A stretch of 64,000 bases of DNA from a virus: the UHGV virus genome UHGV-0210596. The stretch is one strand, 5' to 3'. Made by a program: the position numbers and the translations under genes. Below the pieces are notes generated by a model. That model had not been told where the DNA came from, ran no database searches, and saw only the letters and a list, made by a program, of their open reading frames with translations. Positions 8,842-17,547 of this stretch are shown in pieces. Every line of letters starts with the position of its first letter. The stretch's first letter is position 1.

Positions 8842-9963
8842 TTAGTCAACACGCATCGGCATAACCAATACGCGGTATATTGTTTTATCGGCCTTTAAGG
8901 CAGGGACTAACAATATCGGGTGTGATGCGTCATTGGCACGCAATACTAATTCGCCTGCAAATGCGCTTAATGCGCAAGCAAGGTTTTTGTATGCGAAGTC
9001 AATGTCAAGTTCGTGGTTTGTCGTGCCGTATATCAGTTCGGAGGCATCTTGCGATGTGTCCTTATCCCTCGTAGAGACGTGTATTTGGCCGTTAGTGTCA
9101 ACGGATAAGTGAATACTCGGGATGCGGTCGTTGGCCAAAATAGCCACGCGCGAAAGCGTTGTGCGCAGTGTTGCGGCATCAACTCGCGCTTCGGTTTTGG
9201 TTTCGTTGGGGAATACGCGATTGGCATCGGGGTAATTTCCGGCAATAAGCGCGGAGGTAAATTCGACCGTTGCCGTTTTGAGTGTGACGGACTTTTCGGC
9301 TATTGTTATGGATGCTTCGCCGTTTTCGCAGTTGCATATATCCGCCATCATCTGTGCGTATCTTGTCGGGATTACGACAGCGGCGGTTTTAATGCTCGTA
9401 AAATCGGTAATGGATAATTGCGCCAATAAGCGTGTATCCGTAGCCGTGAATGTCAGAGACGAGTCGCCGAAGGCTATTTGCACGCCTTGTAGTTGAGCGT
9501 GGTAATCGGCTTCCGTAGCGGCTGCAAAGGCGGTTGCCTTGATGCCGCGAGCGATGTCTTCGGTGAGGACTTTGTATGTCGTCCCTGCGGCGTTGACCGC
9601 TTGCGGATAGATTGCTGCGTCATAAGCGTTTAGTCCATACTTGCCGTTGGGTGTGGTTATTTCCACCATATTTGTATCGTCATACGTTATCGTCATTGGC
9701 ATTTCGCCGATAGCGCGGACGAGTGCGCCGAGTTTTTTCGGGTCAACACATATCTTGCCGTTTCCGTCAACTTCTGTCGGATGCAGAGTTGCGGTTATAC
9801 GCGCTTCGGCATTAGAAGCCGTAAGGCGCATTGTTTGGTTGTCATCAACCTCCAATAGCAAGGAGGCTTGTGCAGTCAGTGTTTTGTTGAGGCTGCTGCT
9901 TGCGATTTTATCGAGCGTTTGGATTACGCCTAAATCTTTTGCGTTGATTGTGAATTTGAACAT
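8842..9963 (-). CDS. dnaN: DNA polymerase III beta sliding clamp homolog
   Basis: 373 aa; ATDTR.L, LIAGNYPD..RVFP, C-terminal VLVMPMR. Confidence 0.9.
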   Translation of the reverse strand: MFKFTINAKDLGVIQTLDKIASSSLNKTLTAQASLLLEVDDNQTMRLTASNAEARITATLHPTEVDGNGKICVDPKKLGALVRAIGEMPMTITYDDTNMVEITTPNGKYGLNAYDAAIYPQAVNAAGTTYKVLTEDIARGIKATAFAAATEADYHAQLQGVQIAFGDSSLTFTATDTRLLAQLSITDFTSIKTAAVVIPTRYAQMMADICNCENGEASITIAEKSVTLKTATVEFTSALIAGNYPDANRVFPNETKTEARVDAATLRTTLSRVAILANDRIPSIHLSVDTNGQIHVSTRDKDTSQDASELIYGTTNHELDIDFAYKNLACALSAFAGELVLRANDASHPILLVPALKADKTIYRVLVMPMRVD

Positions 9964-10080
9964 AAGATGTTTTATTTGCGCGGAAAATCCACGTTACTTA
10001 TAATGCTTTGTCTGTCAGCGAGTTTTTGTTCGCGGTTTGAGAGAAGAATGGGAGCGATGGGAATAATGCAGGTCTTATTC

Positions 10081-10110
10081 ACTTAGCTTACCCACTTAGC
10101 TTACCCACTT
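10081..10110 (-). repeat. 13-bp tandem repeat GGTAAGCTAAGTG
   Basis: acttagcttaccc x2 plus partial; near-identical to the 33288..33326 unit. Confidence 0.8.
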
Positions 10111-10159
10111 GGAATATTTTACTTTAATCGCCAAAGCTAAAATAAACGACTGCGTTATT

Positions 10160-10501
10160 TTACTTTCCGTTAGCTTCGTCAGCCACAGCGGCGATTTCGG
10201 CGCGTGCTTCGGCCTTGCAGGCTTCGGCAAAGTCGTTGTACTCGGCAAATTCTTCGGGCTTTGTGTCGCGCTGGCGAAGGATGCCCAGCTCGTCCGCAAC
10301 GGTGTATCGCTCGCGGATAAGACGCTCGACCGCAGCCTTGTAGGCTGACTCGTCAACGGTCACGGGCATTTCGTCCACTTCCTCGTAGTCGTCCGCGTTG
10401 TATGTCATTGCGGCTATGGCTGTGGCCGTCAAGCCGTCCGAGATGCGGCGCACGTACTTGCCGCTATCGCTCGTAATTCGATGGTTGTTGTATTGTATCA
10501 T
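10160..10501 (-). CDS. Tail fibre assembly chaperone-like protein
   Basis: LIRERY...DEL.I.RQ...EF.EY..F.E.CK motif; directly downstream of fibre gene. Confidence 0.65.
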   Translation of the reverse strand: MIQYNNHRITSDSGKYVRRISDGLTATAIAAMTYNADDYEEVDEMPVTVDESAYKAAVERLIRERYTVADELGILRQRDTKPEEFAEYNDFAEACKAEARAEIAAVADEANGK

Positions 10502-10513
10502 AATTGTTTGTGT

Positions 10514-12544
10514 TTATGCGCTTACAAATGTTACATATTTCGTCTCGGCTAATGTCAGAATATCTTCGGGCAGAACCGCAAACACGTCTGCATGCAGCGT
10601 CACGCTTATAGGCTTGGCAGCTGTAGCTCGGCTCTTTTCCACAAGATAGCGCAGGCAATCGACATTGATGTTGTTTGCCTGCGCAAATGTCTTGGTCAGC
10701 GATACGTACAAGTCCGAAATCCACAGGTATTTCAGCTTTGATTTGAACGGCGAAAAGATGCTGTTAAAAGCTACATCGCCCTGCTTTTCCACCTGCACCG
10801 CGCCGATGACCTCCTGTAAGCTGCTGGCATTATAGAAGCTAAACACACCTCTAATCCAGCACGCCCCAGTAGGTCGTTGTCCACGCAGACCTGCTGCAAC
10901 ACGAATTACCTGCACATCGTAGGAAGAAAAAACTTGCGCAGTATTTATTCCTCGGCCATTCTGACTGCCGCCGACATACGCTGCATAATCGCACATCATA
11001 TTGGTGCGTATCGCGTTAGTCTCGTATAGCGGCCTTGGATAAGGTCCGCAAGTTCGCATGTCATATATCTGCCTTGCTTCGGCATAGGATATTCCAGTAA
11101 TGCCGTTGATAAAGAAGCCCGGTGTTTCATGCCATTCAGGATAATATCCACCGTAGTCAAGCTGGAAATGCGAGCTGTCTTTAACATAACAATTACCGAG
11201 GTCATCACATGTGCCATACCAAGAGCCTTGTACGCCGCTGTCCGATATATATCCTCCTCTGCCGCCACCCATCATCGGACGGTAAATTGCGTCACGCCAC
11301 ATCTTAATAAACAGTGCCTTGCCTGCATCCGTTACGCATACGAGGTCTGCGCCGTATGTGTCTTTGCCATTGCCATTGTACGCGCTGATATATGCCTCGG
11401 TGTCGTATTTGTAGGTGTCTGCGCCCCACCGCCATGTGCGGTCAGTCCTCGCGGTGGTCGGCTTATTGTTGGTGATGATGTTGTATTCAGCATCTCCGTC
11501 AAAGCGCTCGGCGTAGGCTTTTTGCTCCTCCCAAAAGGCGTAAAAGCGCTTCTTCTCGCGCACGTAGATGATGTCCGCAACGCCGTCAGTGCGCGTCTTA
11601 GGCGTCAGCGGCAGTGTCGCCGCCGTGTAATCTGTGGGCAGGCTCTGCCGTATGCCGTGGAACACGTGTACCAGCATCGCGCCCACGTCCTCCTTATCAA
11701 GACGCAGCACCTTGTCGGCGTGCAGCCCATCGGCGTAAGCAGCGCCGCTGACAGTGAGATTGCCCACAATGCCGCTGTCGCCGTTGGCCATAATGCCCCA
11801 GCCTTTGGTAACGAGTTGGCCGTCAACTTCAAGGACGCCGCCGCTGCCCGTGCCGGGAACGATGGTGGTGGTCTTGACCGAGCCAAGTTCGGCTTCGCCC
11901 TGCACGTGGATGCCACCTCCAGCAACCGTTATGTCGGAGTTGTTCACCGTCAGGCCGTTGCCAACGGTTACGATATTGGCATTAAGCGTACCAGAGACGA
12001 CTAAGTCGCCGTTTATGGTGCCGCCCGTGTTGTCGGTGATTGTTCCCGTATCGCCTTTGTCGCCTTTATCGCCCTTGTCTCCCTTGACGCCTTGTATGCC
12101 TTGCAAGCCCTGCTCGCCACGGTCGCCCTTATCTCCCTTATCACCTTTTAGCGTAGGCAGGATAAATTCGGCTTCGATAGTGGGATATTCGATGGGGCAT
12201 TTGCCGTCAACGAGCTTGACGTCCAAACGGCGCTCGGCAACATCCTTGCGCGTGCCATCGGGGTATGACGCATCAGGGACATAAATCGTAAACGTCAGAA
12301 TTAGACGCCCGGGCTGCAATCCGTGGTTATCGAATTTGCAGACGATAACATCGTCATCATCGACATAGCAATTGGCCGTGCATTGATTTTCGGTACGGCC
12401 AAAGGTGTAGTTTACGCCGTTTGCGCCGCTTGTGATTACGCCCTCGAAGTCGTAGTTTTTCAGTGCGAGCGGCTTTTCGAGCATATCTTTGACGGATATG
12501 CGCAACGTAAAGTCGCTTCTGTAATCTATTTCCGTGATTTTCAT
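10514..12544 (-). CDS. Tail fibre / receptor-binding protein with collagen repeats
   Basis: N-terminal SDF...FDNHGL.PG.L...PD..YPDG attachment-like domain, (GDK)n collagen triplets, beta-rich repeats. Confidence 0.75.
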   Translation of the reverse strand: MKITEIDYRSDFTLRISVKDMLEKPLALKNYDFEGVITSGANGVNYTFGRTENQCTANCYVDDDDVIVCKFDNHGLQPGRLILTFTIYVPDASYPDGTRKDVAERRLDVKLVDGKCPIEYPTIEAEFILPTLKGDKGDKGDRGEQGLQGIQGVKGDKGDKGDKGDTGTITDNTGGTINGDLVVSGTLNANIVTVGNGLTVNNSDITVAGGGIHVQGEAELGSVKTTTIVPGTGSGGVLEVDGQLVTKGWGIMANGDSGIVGNLTVSGAAYADGLHADKVLRLDKEDVGAMLVHVFHGIRQSLPTDYTAATLPLTPKTRTDGVADIIYVREKKRFYAFWEEQKAYAERFDGDAEYNIITNNKPTTARTDRTWRWGADTYKYDTEAYISAYNGNGKDTYGADLVCVTDAGKALFIKMWRDAIYRPMMGGGRGGYISDSGVQGSWYGTCDDLGNCYVKDSSHFQLDYGGYYPEWHETPGFFINGITGISYAEARQIYDMRTCGPYPRPLYETNAIRTNMMCDYAAYVGGSQNGRGINTAQVFSSYDVQVIRVAAGLRGQRPTGACWIRGVFSFYNASSLQEVIGAVQVEKQGDVAFNSIFSPFKSKLKYLWISDLYVSLTKTFAQANNINVDCLRYLVEKSRATAAKPISVTLHADVFAVLPEDILTLAETKYVTFVSA

Positions 12545-12865
12545 TCGTGGTATTGTACTTAGGTGCTGCAATTTACGAATATTTTTCGAGATACGCGGCA
12601 AGACGTAAACGAATTTAATTGAGCTTAGCCCTTTCTGCCTTTATCATCTCGGCTGCCGCTATGATAGTGGTGGCAAACAGCTCATTTTCCTTTGCTACCA
12701 TAGAGATGGCTGCGATAATATACATATGATCTCCATCTATAGCTGTTTTAACAACGTTTTTATCTTGGGAGATAACAATAGATAATATCGCGGAATTTTC
12801 ACCCAAAACTTCTTCTTTGTTTAACCGTGTAATCCAGCGCTTCTCTTAATTCTTCGTAATTCATA

Positions 12866-13471
12866 TTAATTAAACCATTTAAGTGTTGTTTCTCCTTTAT
12901 AGCCAACCTCCCAGACAAACCACGCATATGCGGATGCACTGCTTGTGTACTTGCCGAAGTCTGCGTTTTTGGCGCATTGGATGCGCGATGACGATACCCA
13001 TACACGTATCGGCGGAAAGATGCGAAATAATTCCTTACGTCTTTTGCCTTCTAAGAAGTTGAGACGCAAGAACATGCAGACCTTATTGCCGGGCGCGGTA
13101 TGCGTAAGCGCGTGCATAACAAATTGCTCAGCGTAGCGGTATGGCGGATTGGTGATTATCGTGCCGTCAAAACAGAAGTTGTAGCCGCGAAACATCAGAA
13201 AGTCTTCGACTTGCACGTTTTCGGCACGCTTGACAATGTCGGTGGCTATCACCTTGTAGCCTGCGTTCTCGAACACGTCAGCGAGATGCCTTGCTCCTGC
13301 GGCACATTCCCATATCGGCTTATTCTTTGGTATATCCTCGACTTGCAGAAGTAGCTCCGCAGCTATCGGGTCGGTCGCATAATAATCTTGCGGCTGTCGT
13401 TGCTCGTCCGTGTGGTTTGATGCCCCGAGCTGTGCAAATACCGATTTAGAATTGCCCTTCCAGTCTTTCAT
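12866..13471 (-). CDS. Amino (N6A/N4C) DNA methyltransferase
   Basis: DYYATDP, WECAAG, IITNPPY, LNFLEG. Confidence 0.9.
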   Translation of the reverse strand: MKDWKGNSKSVFAQLGASNHTDEQRQPQDYYATDPIAAELLLQVEDIPKNKPIWECAAGARHLADVFENAGYKVIATDIVKRAENVQVEDFLMFRGYNFCFDGTIITNPPYRYAEQFVMHALTHTAPGNKVCMFLRLNFLEGKRRKELFRIFPPIRVWVSSSRIQCAKNADFGKYTSSASAYAWFVWEVGYKGETTLKWFN

Positions 13472-13833
13472 TAGAACAGTGTTTCGAGTGTAAATTCGAT
13501 GCGCGGATTGTCCTTGTCTATCAACTTCCGCGCGTGTATTTCGGCGCAATCTCTGTCGTTGCGAACAACCTTACACGCTTGTAGGCAATCGAGCGTTACT
13601 TTCAGCGCGTTGTCCAAGTCGGGGCGGTCGGACGCAAAATACACGTCAATATCCAGCTTGAAGCGTTGGTCTATCATCAGACCGCGCAAGCCGCACTGCA
13701 TAAAAAAGCTCTCCTCGTAGGCTTTGGTCTGTTTGGTCTTACACAGACTTCCGTGGCCGTGTAGCGTGATTACGCGATACGAATTGGACTTGCTTGGGGC
13801 TTGTCCCAGAATCGTTTGTTTGTCGTAAATCAT
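13471..13833 (-). CDS. rusA: RusA-like Holliday junction resolvase
   Basis: PSKSN, RPDLDN..K..LD.L, ND, NPRIE. Confidence 0.9.
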   Translation of the reverse strand: MIYDKQTILGQAPSKSNSYRVITLHGHGSLCKTKQTKAYEESFFMQCGLRGLMIDQRFKLDIDVYFASDRPDLDNALKVTLDCLQACKVVRNDRDCAEIHARKLIDKDNPRIEFTLETLF

Positions 13834-14292
13834 TCGGCGTAATGTGCTTAAAAAATGTGCTTAAAAACGGAAAAAAGGGCAAAGGCCGTCTAAGCCCATG
13901 CCCCTTTGCGTGTGGGTGGTTGGAACGCGTCAGTCCGCTTTTATTGTTGTCAAGTAAGCGGCAGCGCTTATCGCGGTTTCTTGCATGTCGATGATGTCGC
14001 CCAGCGTGTCGCGGTGTTTGCGAGCCACAGCGATAAGGCGCATTGCCTGTATGGACAGAGCCATTGCGAGCCTCTTTGCCTCGGCGGCTTGTTTCTTCTC
14101 GTTCATCGCAGTGCCTCCTCTCTATTTAGGAGTTGTTCTACAAGGTCGGCACACGAAAGCAGCGTCAGAAAGATTGCTTGTGTCTGTCTGTTTTCCGGCA
14201 TCGCGGACGTGAGGCCGAGGCATTGTTCAATGTCCTCGTACAATAGAAAAAGATCTGTTTGGTTCATTGAGTTTGTTATTTGACTATGAATA

Positions 14293-14537
14293 GCTTTCGG
14301 GTTGGCACGCAAAAAAAACGTGCCGCTACCCTTTGTCAAATGCCAAACTCGTGGAAAAGCACGGCCATGCCATTACAGCAATAGCCAAGGGGCGGCACGC
14401 TTTTGCGTGTATCCTGAATATGTGGGGATTAGCATAAAAAAATGCCTTCCCGGCGTTTGTGCGTGGAAAAGCAGTGCTAATCCACGAATTTGTTTTTTGA
14501 CGCCGCAAAGTTAAGGCATCCCACCCAATCATCCAAA
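14293..14537 (-). promoter_or_regulatory. Promoter and c4/CI-RNA-like structured leader
   Basis: TTTG 14534-37, N20, TAACTTTG 14506-13; repeated CGTGGAAAAGCA; leader complementary to downstream TCCACGAGTTTG/TTTGAC. Confidence 0.6.
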
Positions 14538-14546
14538 CATTCGCCG

Positions 14547-14858
14547 TTAATCATTGTTAATTATCTCTTTCCTAAATTCAACCCATGCGAATGTTTCCAA
14601 TATGTGCCACTCGGCATTAGCCTGAAAACGCTCTTTGGCTATCCCCGTAGCCTTGCATAATGCGTTAAGGCGTTCCTCTGTTACTTCCAGCGGTTTCAGC
14701 TCGCTTATCGGCACGTTGAACATCTTGACGCGGACGCCGTTGTCTGCGTAAGACAGATAAACGGCGTTCGGCATTATGCACTCAATACGGCATACTCGGT
14801 TGGGATACCGTTTAAGCGCAACGTGTGAGCCGATGCGCAGGTCTCTAATGTCAATCAT
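14547..14858 (-). CDS. Hypothetical protein
   Basis: IRDLRIG..V...LKPL..TEE.L pattern. Confidence 0.7.
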   Translation of the reverse strand: MIDIRDLRIGSHVALKRYPNRVCRIECIMPNAVYLSYADNGVRVKMFNVPISELKPLEVTEERLNALCKATGIAKERFQANAEWHILETFAWVEFRKEIINND

Positions 14859-15025
14859 TTGCTTACTTTTAACAATCGTTTAAGTCGCCGTAAATCCTCG
14901 CCTGCAAGCCGTTTGGCGTTGACGGCTTTGAGGTCGTCTCGCGGCACGGTGCAGCGCTCGGCCAGTATACCGTAGTGCCGCAGGATGTTGGCAAGGACGT
15001 ATTCAGATACAGGTATTTTCATTGG

Positions 15026-15871
15026 TTATACAATAGCATCCTTTGCTTTACGGACGTTAAAACCATTGTCATGCAACGCGTGGATGAAGCGCCGTCCGCG
15101 TTCGTTCCAAACGGTATACATTGACGACCCGATACTTCCGTCAGACCGCGTATAGGTCTGTGTGCGTGTCGCGGATAAATTCCAGCTTGCATAAGGTTGT
15201 TTCAGCATCCACATTCCCGATTGACGGAAGATTACGCCGGCTTGTTTAAGTTGTTTGTTGAGGCTGTGCGCGTCCATTCCCAATTCCTTTGCAATTTGGG
15301 TTGTGGTCATAGTGTTTACACTTTGCAGCGTGGTGTCGTAGTAGTTCACCTTTGGTGCTTGCTCTAAGATGGTTTGTTCGTTACGCGTGTTGGTGTTTTC
15401 GAGTTGTTGCAGTCTTGACTATTGTCGTGCAAGGGTGGCTTGGGCTATTTGCAGCGCCTTTGCCATTATCACCTCGGGCGAGTCATCGTCCTTAGCGGCG
15501 ATATATCCACCGGTCATTCGGATTTCGCGTAGAATCTTCTTGACGCCTTTCTTAAACAGTTTGGCTGTTGGTTTGCGGCTCTGCATAAGAACTTCGTACA
15601 AACCATTCTCTGTCAGCATCCATACGTTTCGATTTTGACCTGACACAAACATTGTTTGGGTCAGCTTTTCGTCATCATCCACCGTCTGCATCATCATAGA
15701 CACATCAGAGTGCCCAATAAAAGTTGCAACGTCTTTCGCCTTGAACAATGATTCTTCGGGTGTTCCGTAGATAATGAACGACTGCCCTACCACTTCCACT
15801 TCTTTAAGTGGCTGCACCGCCTTTGTTTCGTTTGTTTCCGGCATAAATAAATTGTCGATATTGTTTATCAT
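15026..15871 (-). pseudogene. BRO-N / KilAC antirepressor split by one in-frame TAG
   Basis: BRO-N (LTENGLYEVLMQSRKP) and KilAC (TTTQIAKELG) ORFs share a frame; TAG at 15419-21 is the only stop between them. Confidence 0.8.
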
Positions 15872-15928
15872 TTTGTTTTATGTTTATGGGGGTAGTTTGA
15901 AAATCATTGCTTGTCAACTCGGCGATTT

Positions 15929-16792
15929 TCATAGAAGCCTCAATGCAAAGCCGTCTCCACCGAACAATTTGTGGAGAAAGGCCAAACCTTTTTGAGTACA
16001 GTATGTGGTTATAGGGATGAACATCCGTCCGTCCGAACGTTGTATGGGTGCGCCCTCGACCACGGTAAAATATCCGGCATTTACGTATTTCTGTGCAGGT
16101 TCGTTGCTATGACGGAAAAGGATGCCGTGTTCGCGCAGTTTCTTGAACAATGTATTGCGGCCAAAATCGAGTTTGAGAATTTTAGCGGCTTGCGACATCG
16201 ATACGAGCGTGTCTGCGTTAAACGCGGTGTCGGCAAAATCTGCTTTGGGTTTGAGTTTGGCGATGGTGCGCTCCTGCTGCCGGTTGGAGGTTTCAAGTTT
16301 TTCTATTTGCCTCGCTTGGTCTGCCGCAAGTTGCAACGCCTCGGCAAACGATGTCGGGACTGCAAAGCCACCGTTTAGTTTTTCTTTTTCGAGTTCCTCC
16401 CAGCGATCTATGATTTTGGCGCGTAGGATTACATCATACCCGCTTGCCAGTAAGAAACACGCCTTTTTGTTTAAGTTGTACATGGAACGTGCTTCTCCTT
16501 TTGCATCGACGTAAGATGTTTCTGTGATTTGGTACTGGTTCGTGCCATTCCCAAAAGCAAAGTCAAGAATGGTTTTTTGAGAGCGTTCTGACAAATACTT
16601 ATATTGCGTTCTGTCTCCTCGATGATACTCTCCGTCAACCAATCCACATGTGGATTGGTTGGATTTGTTAATGGATTCCACCATCTTACGGATGTCTCGC
16701 ATAACATGTGCGTGTTGTTTGCCTGTAATCTCGGCGATTTGGAGACTGCTCATAGTTTGGGCGACCCCTGCAAGCGATTTCTCGTTTAGCAT
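15929..16792 (-). CDS. Rha-family / KilAC antirepressor
   Basis: MSSLQIAEITGKQHAHVMRDIR, SYVD, PTSFAEALQLAA, GRNTLFKKLR. Confidence 0.9.
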   Translation of the reverse strand: MLNEKSLAGVAQTMSSLQIAEITGKQHAHVMRDIRKMVESINKSNQSTCGLVDGEYHRGDRTQYKYLSERSQKTILDFAFGNGTNQYQITETSYVDAKGEARSMYNLNKKACFLLASGYDVILRAKIIDRWEELEKEKLNGGFAVPTSFAEALQLAADQARQIEKLETSNRQQERTIAKLKPKADFADTAFNADTLVSMSQAAKILKLDFGRNTLFKKLREHGILFRHSNEPAQKYVNAGYFTVVEGAPIQRSDGRMFIPITTYCTQKGLAFLHKLFGGDGFALRLL

Positions 16793-16865
16793 AATTTGAT
16801 TATGTGTTTGATTATTATTGGCTAAAAAAAGCGGCCAACGCAAATGCGTCAGTCGCTTAGAGAAT

Positions 16866-16894
16866 AAAAAAAGGGCAGGAATAATATCCTGCCC
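16866..16894 (-). terminator. Intrinsic terminator closing the repeat-containing transcript
   Basis: GGGCAGGA-TATTAT-TCCTGCCC then T7 on minus strand. Confidence 0.8.
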
Positions 16895-16932
16895 TCGGCG
16901 AAAGGAAAATTAAATCCTACTTTGCTTATCGC

Positions 16933-16964
16933 GTTTCAATTCACGCAACCCCGAAGGGCGCGAC
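16933..16964 (-). CRISPR. Solitary type I-C CRISPR repeat
   Basis: GTCGCGCCCTTCGGGGTTGCGTGAATTGAAAC; 32 nt, I-C layout GTCGC..hairpin..GCGTG.ATTGAAAC. Confidence 0.85.
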
Positions 16965-16978
16965 ACTTCCGCCTTTTT

Positions 16979-16997
16979 ATCTACAATAGTAGAAATT
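16979..16997 (-). CRISPR. Solitary type V-A (Cas12a) repeat handle
   Basis: AATTTCTACTATTGTAGAT, matching the 19-nt mature Cas12a handle pattern AATTTCTAC-N4-GTAGAT. Confidence 0.88.
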
Positions 16998-17041
16998 TTC
17001 TTGGCGACAAAAGACTCGCGTCAATTGCCGTTTGGATGCCG

Positions 17042-17073
17042 CAAATTTAATGGTTTGCATCTTGCCAAACAAA
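17042..17073 (-). promoter_or_regulatory. Bacteroidetes-type promoter driving the repeat transcript
   Basis: TTTG 17070-73, N20, TAAATTTG 17042-49. Confidence 0.75.
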
Positions 17074-17106
17074 TAATGGCGTATTTTTTAAGAAATATTA
17101 ACTTTA

Positions 17107-17206
17107 TGTGGGACAGGCGCGAGTTGAACGCGCTTACGGCTGTATTCAGCAACACCACGACAGATAATGGCGTCTCGTAGGCTTCCGTGTCTACGACTTC
17201 TGTCTC
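17107..17206 (-). ncRNA. tRNA-like element I
   Basis: GAGACAG/CTGTCCC+ACA; T arm GCGCG-TTCAACT-CGCGC; non-canonical middle. Confidence 0.6.
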
Positions 17207-17313
17207 ATTAAAAAAGCAACCTATTCTCACGAACCGGGCACCCTAAGAAAACTAAAATAAACCTAAATTGTTTTCATCAACATAATCAACTTCAGTATAT
17301 AAACATCATGCGT

Positions 17314-17390
17314 AGTGGACGCAAGCGGAGTCGAACCGCATATACACCCTTGGAAACGCCGACAAAACAAGGGGTATCACCGTGGCGTCC
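17314..17390 (-). ncRNA. tRNA-like element C
   Basis: GGACGC/GCGTCC+A; T arm GCGG-TTCGACT-CCGC; CCCTTG/CAAGGG stem with long loop; no D arm. Confidence 0.6.
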
Positions 17391-17467
17391 ATATAAAACC
17401 GCGCTATCTTCACAGACGACGCGGAAAAAGTGTCTAAAAAACTATTCCAGTCCACATGAGTAGTCAT

Positions 17468-17530
17468 TGGCGATGCGGCAGGACTCGAACCTGTCCGCTG
17501 ATAAGCGGCATCCCAAGCGAACACCGCACC
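17468..17530 (-). ncRNA. tRNA-like element D with encoded CCA
   Basis: GGTGCGG/CCGCATC+G+CCA; T arm CAGG-TTCGAGT-CCTG. Confidence 0.6.
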
Positions 17531-17547
17531 GCTTGTAGAATCCTCGC

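Noticed and set aside
12040..12150. 9-bp periodic repeats
   Set aside because: Explained by Gly-X-Y collagen codons
11129..12284. Long plus-strand ORFs (291 and 176 aa)
   Set aside because: Antisense shadows of the GC-rich, collagen-encoding fibre gene
10514..12544. Diversity-generating retroelement or shufflon acting on the fibre gene
   Set aside because: No reverse transcriptase, template/variable repeat pair or flanking inversion sites seen
16933..16997. A conventional CRISPR array
   Set aside because: The two repeats are of different types, each occurs once, and no cas genes are present
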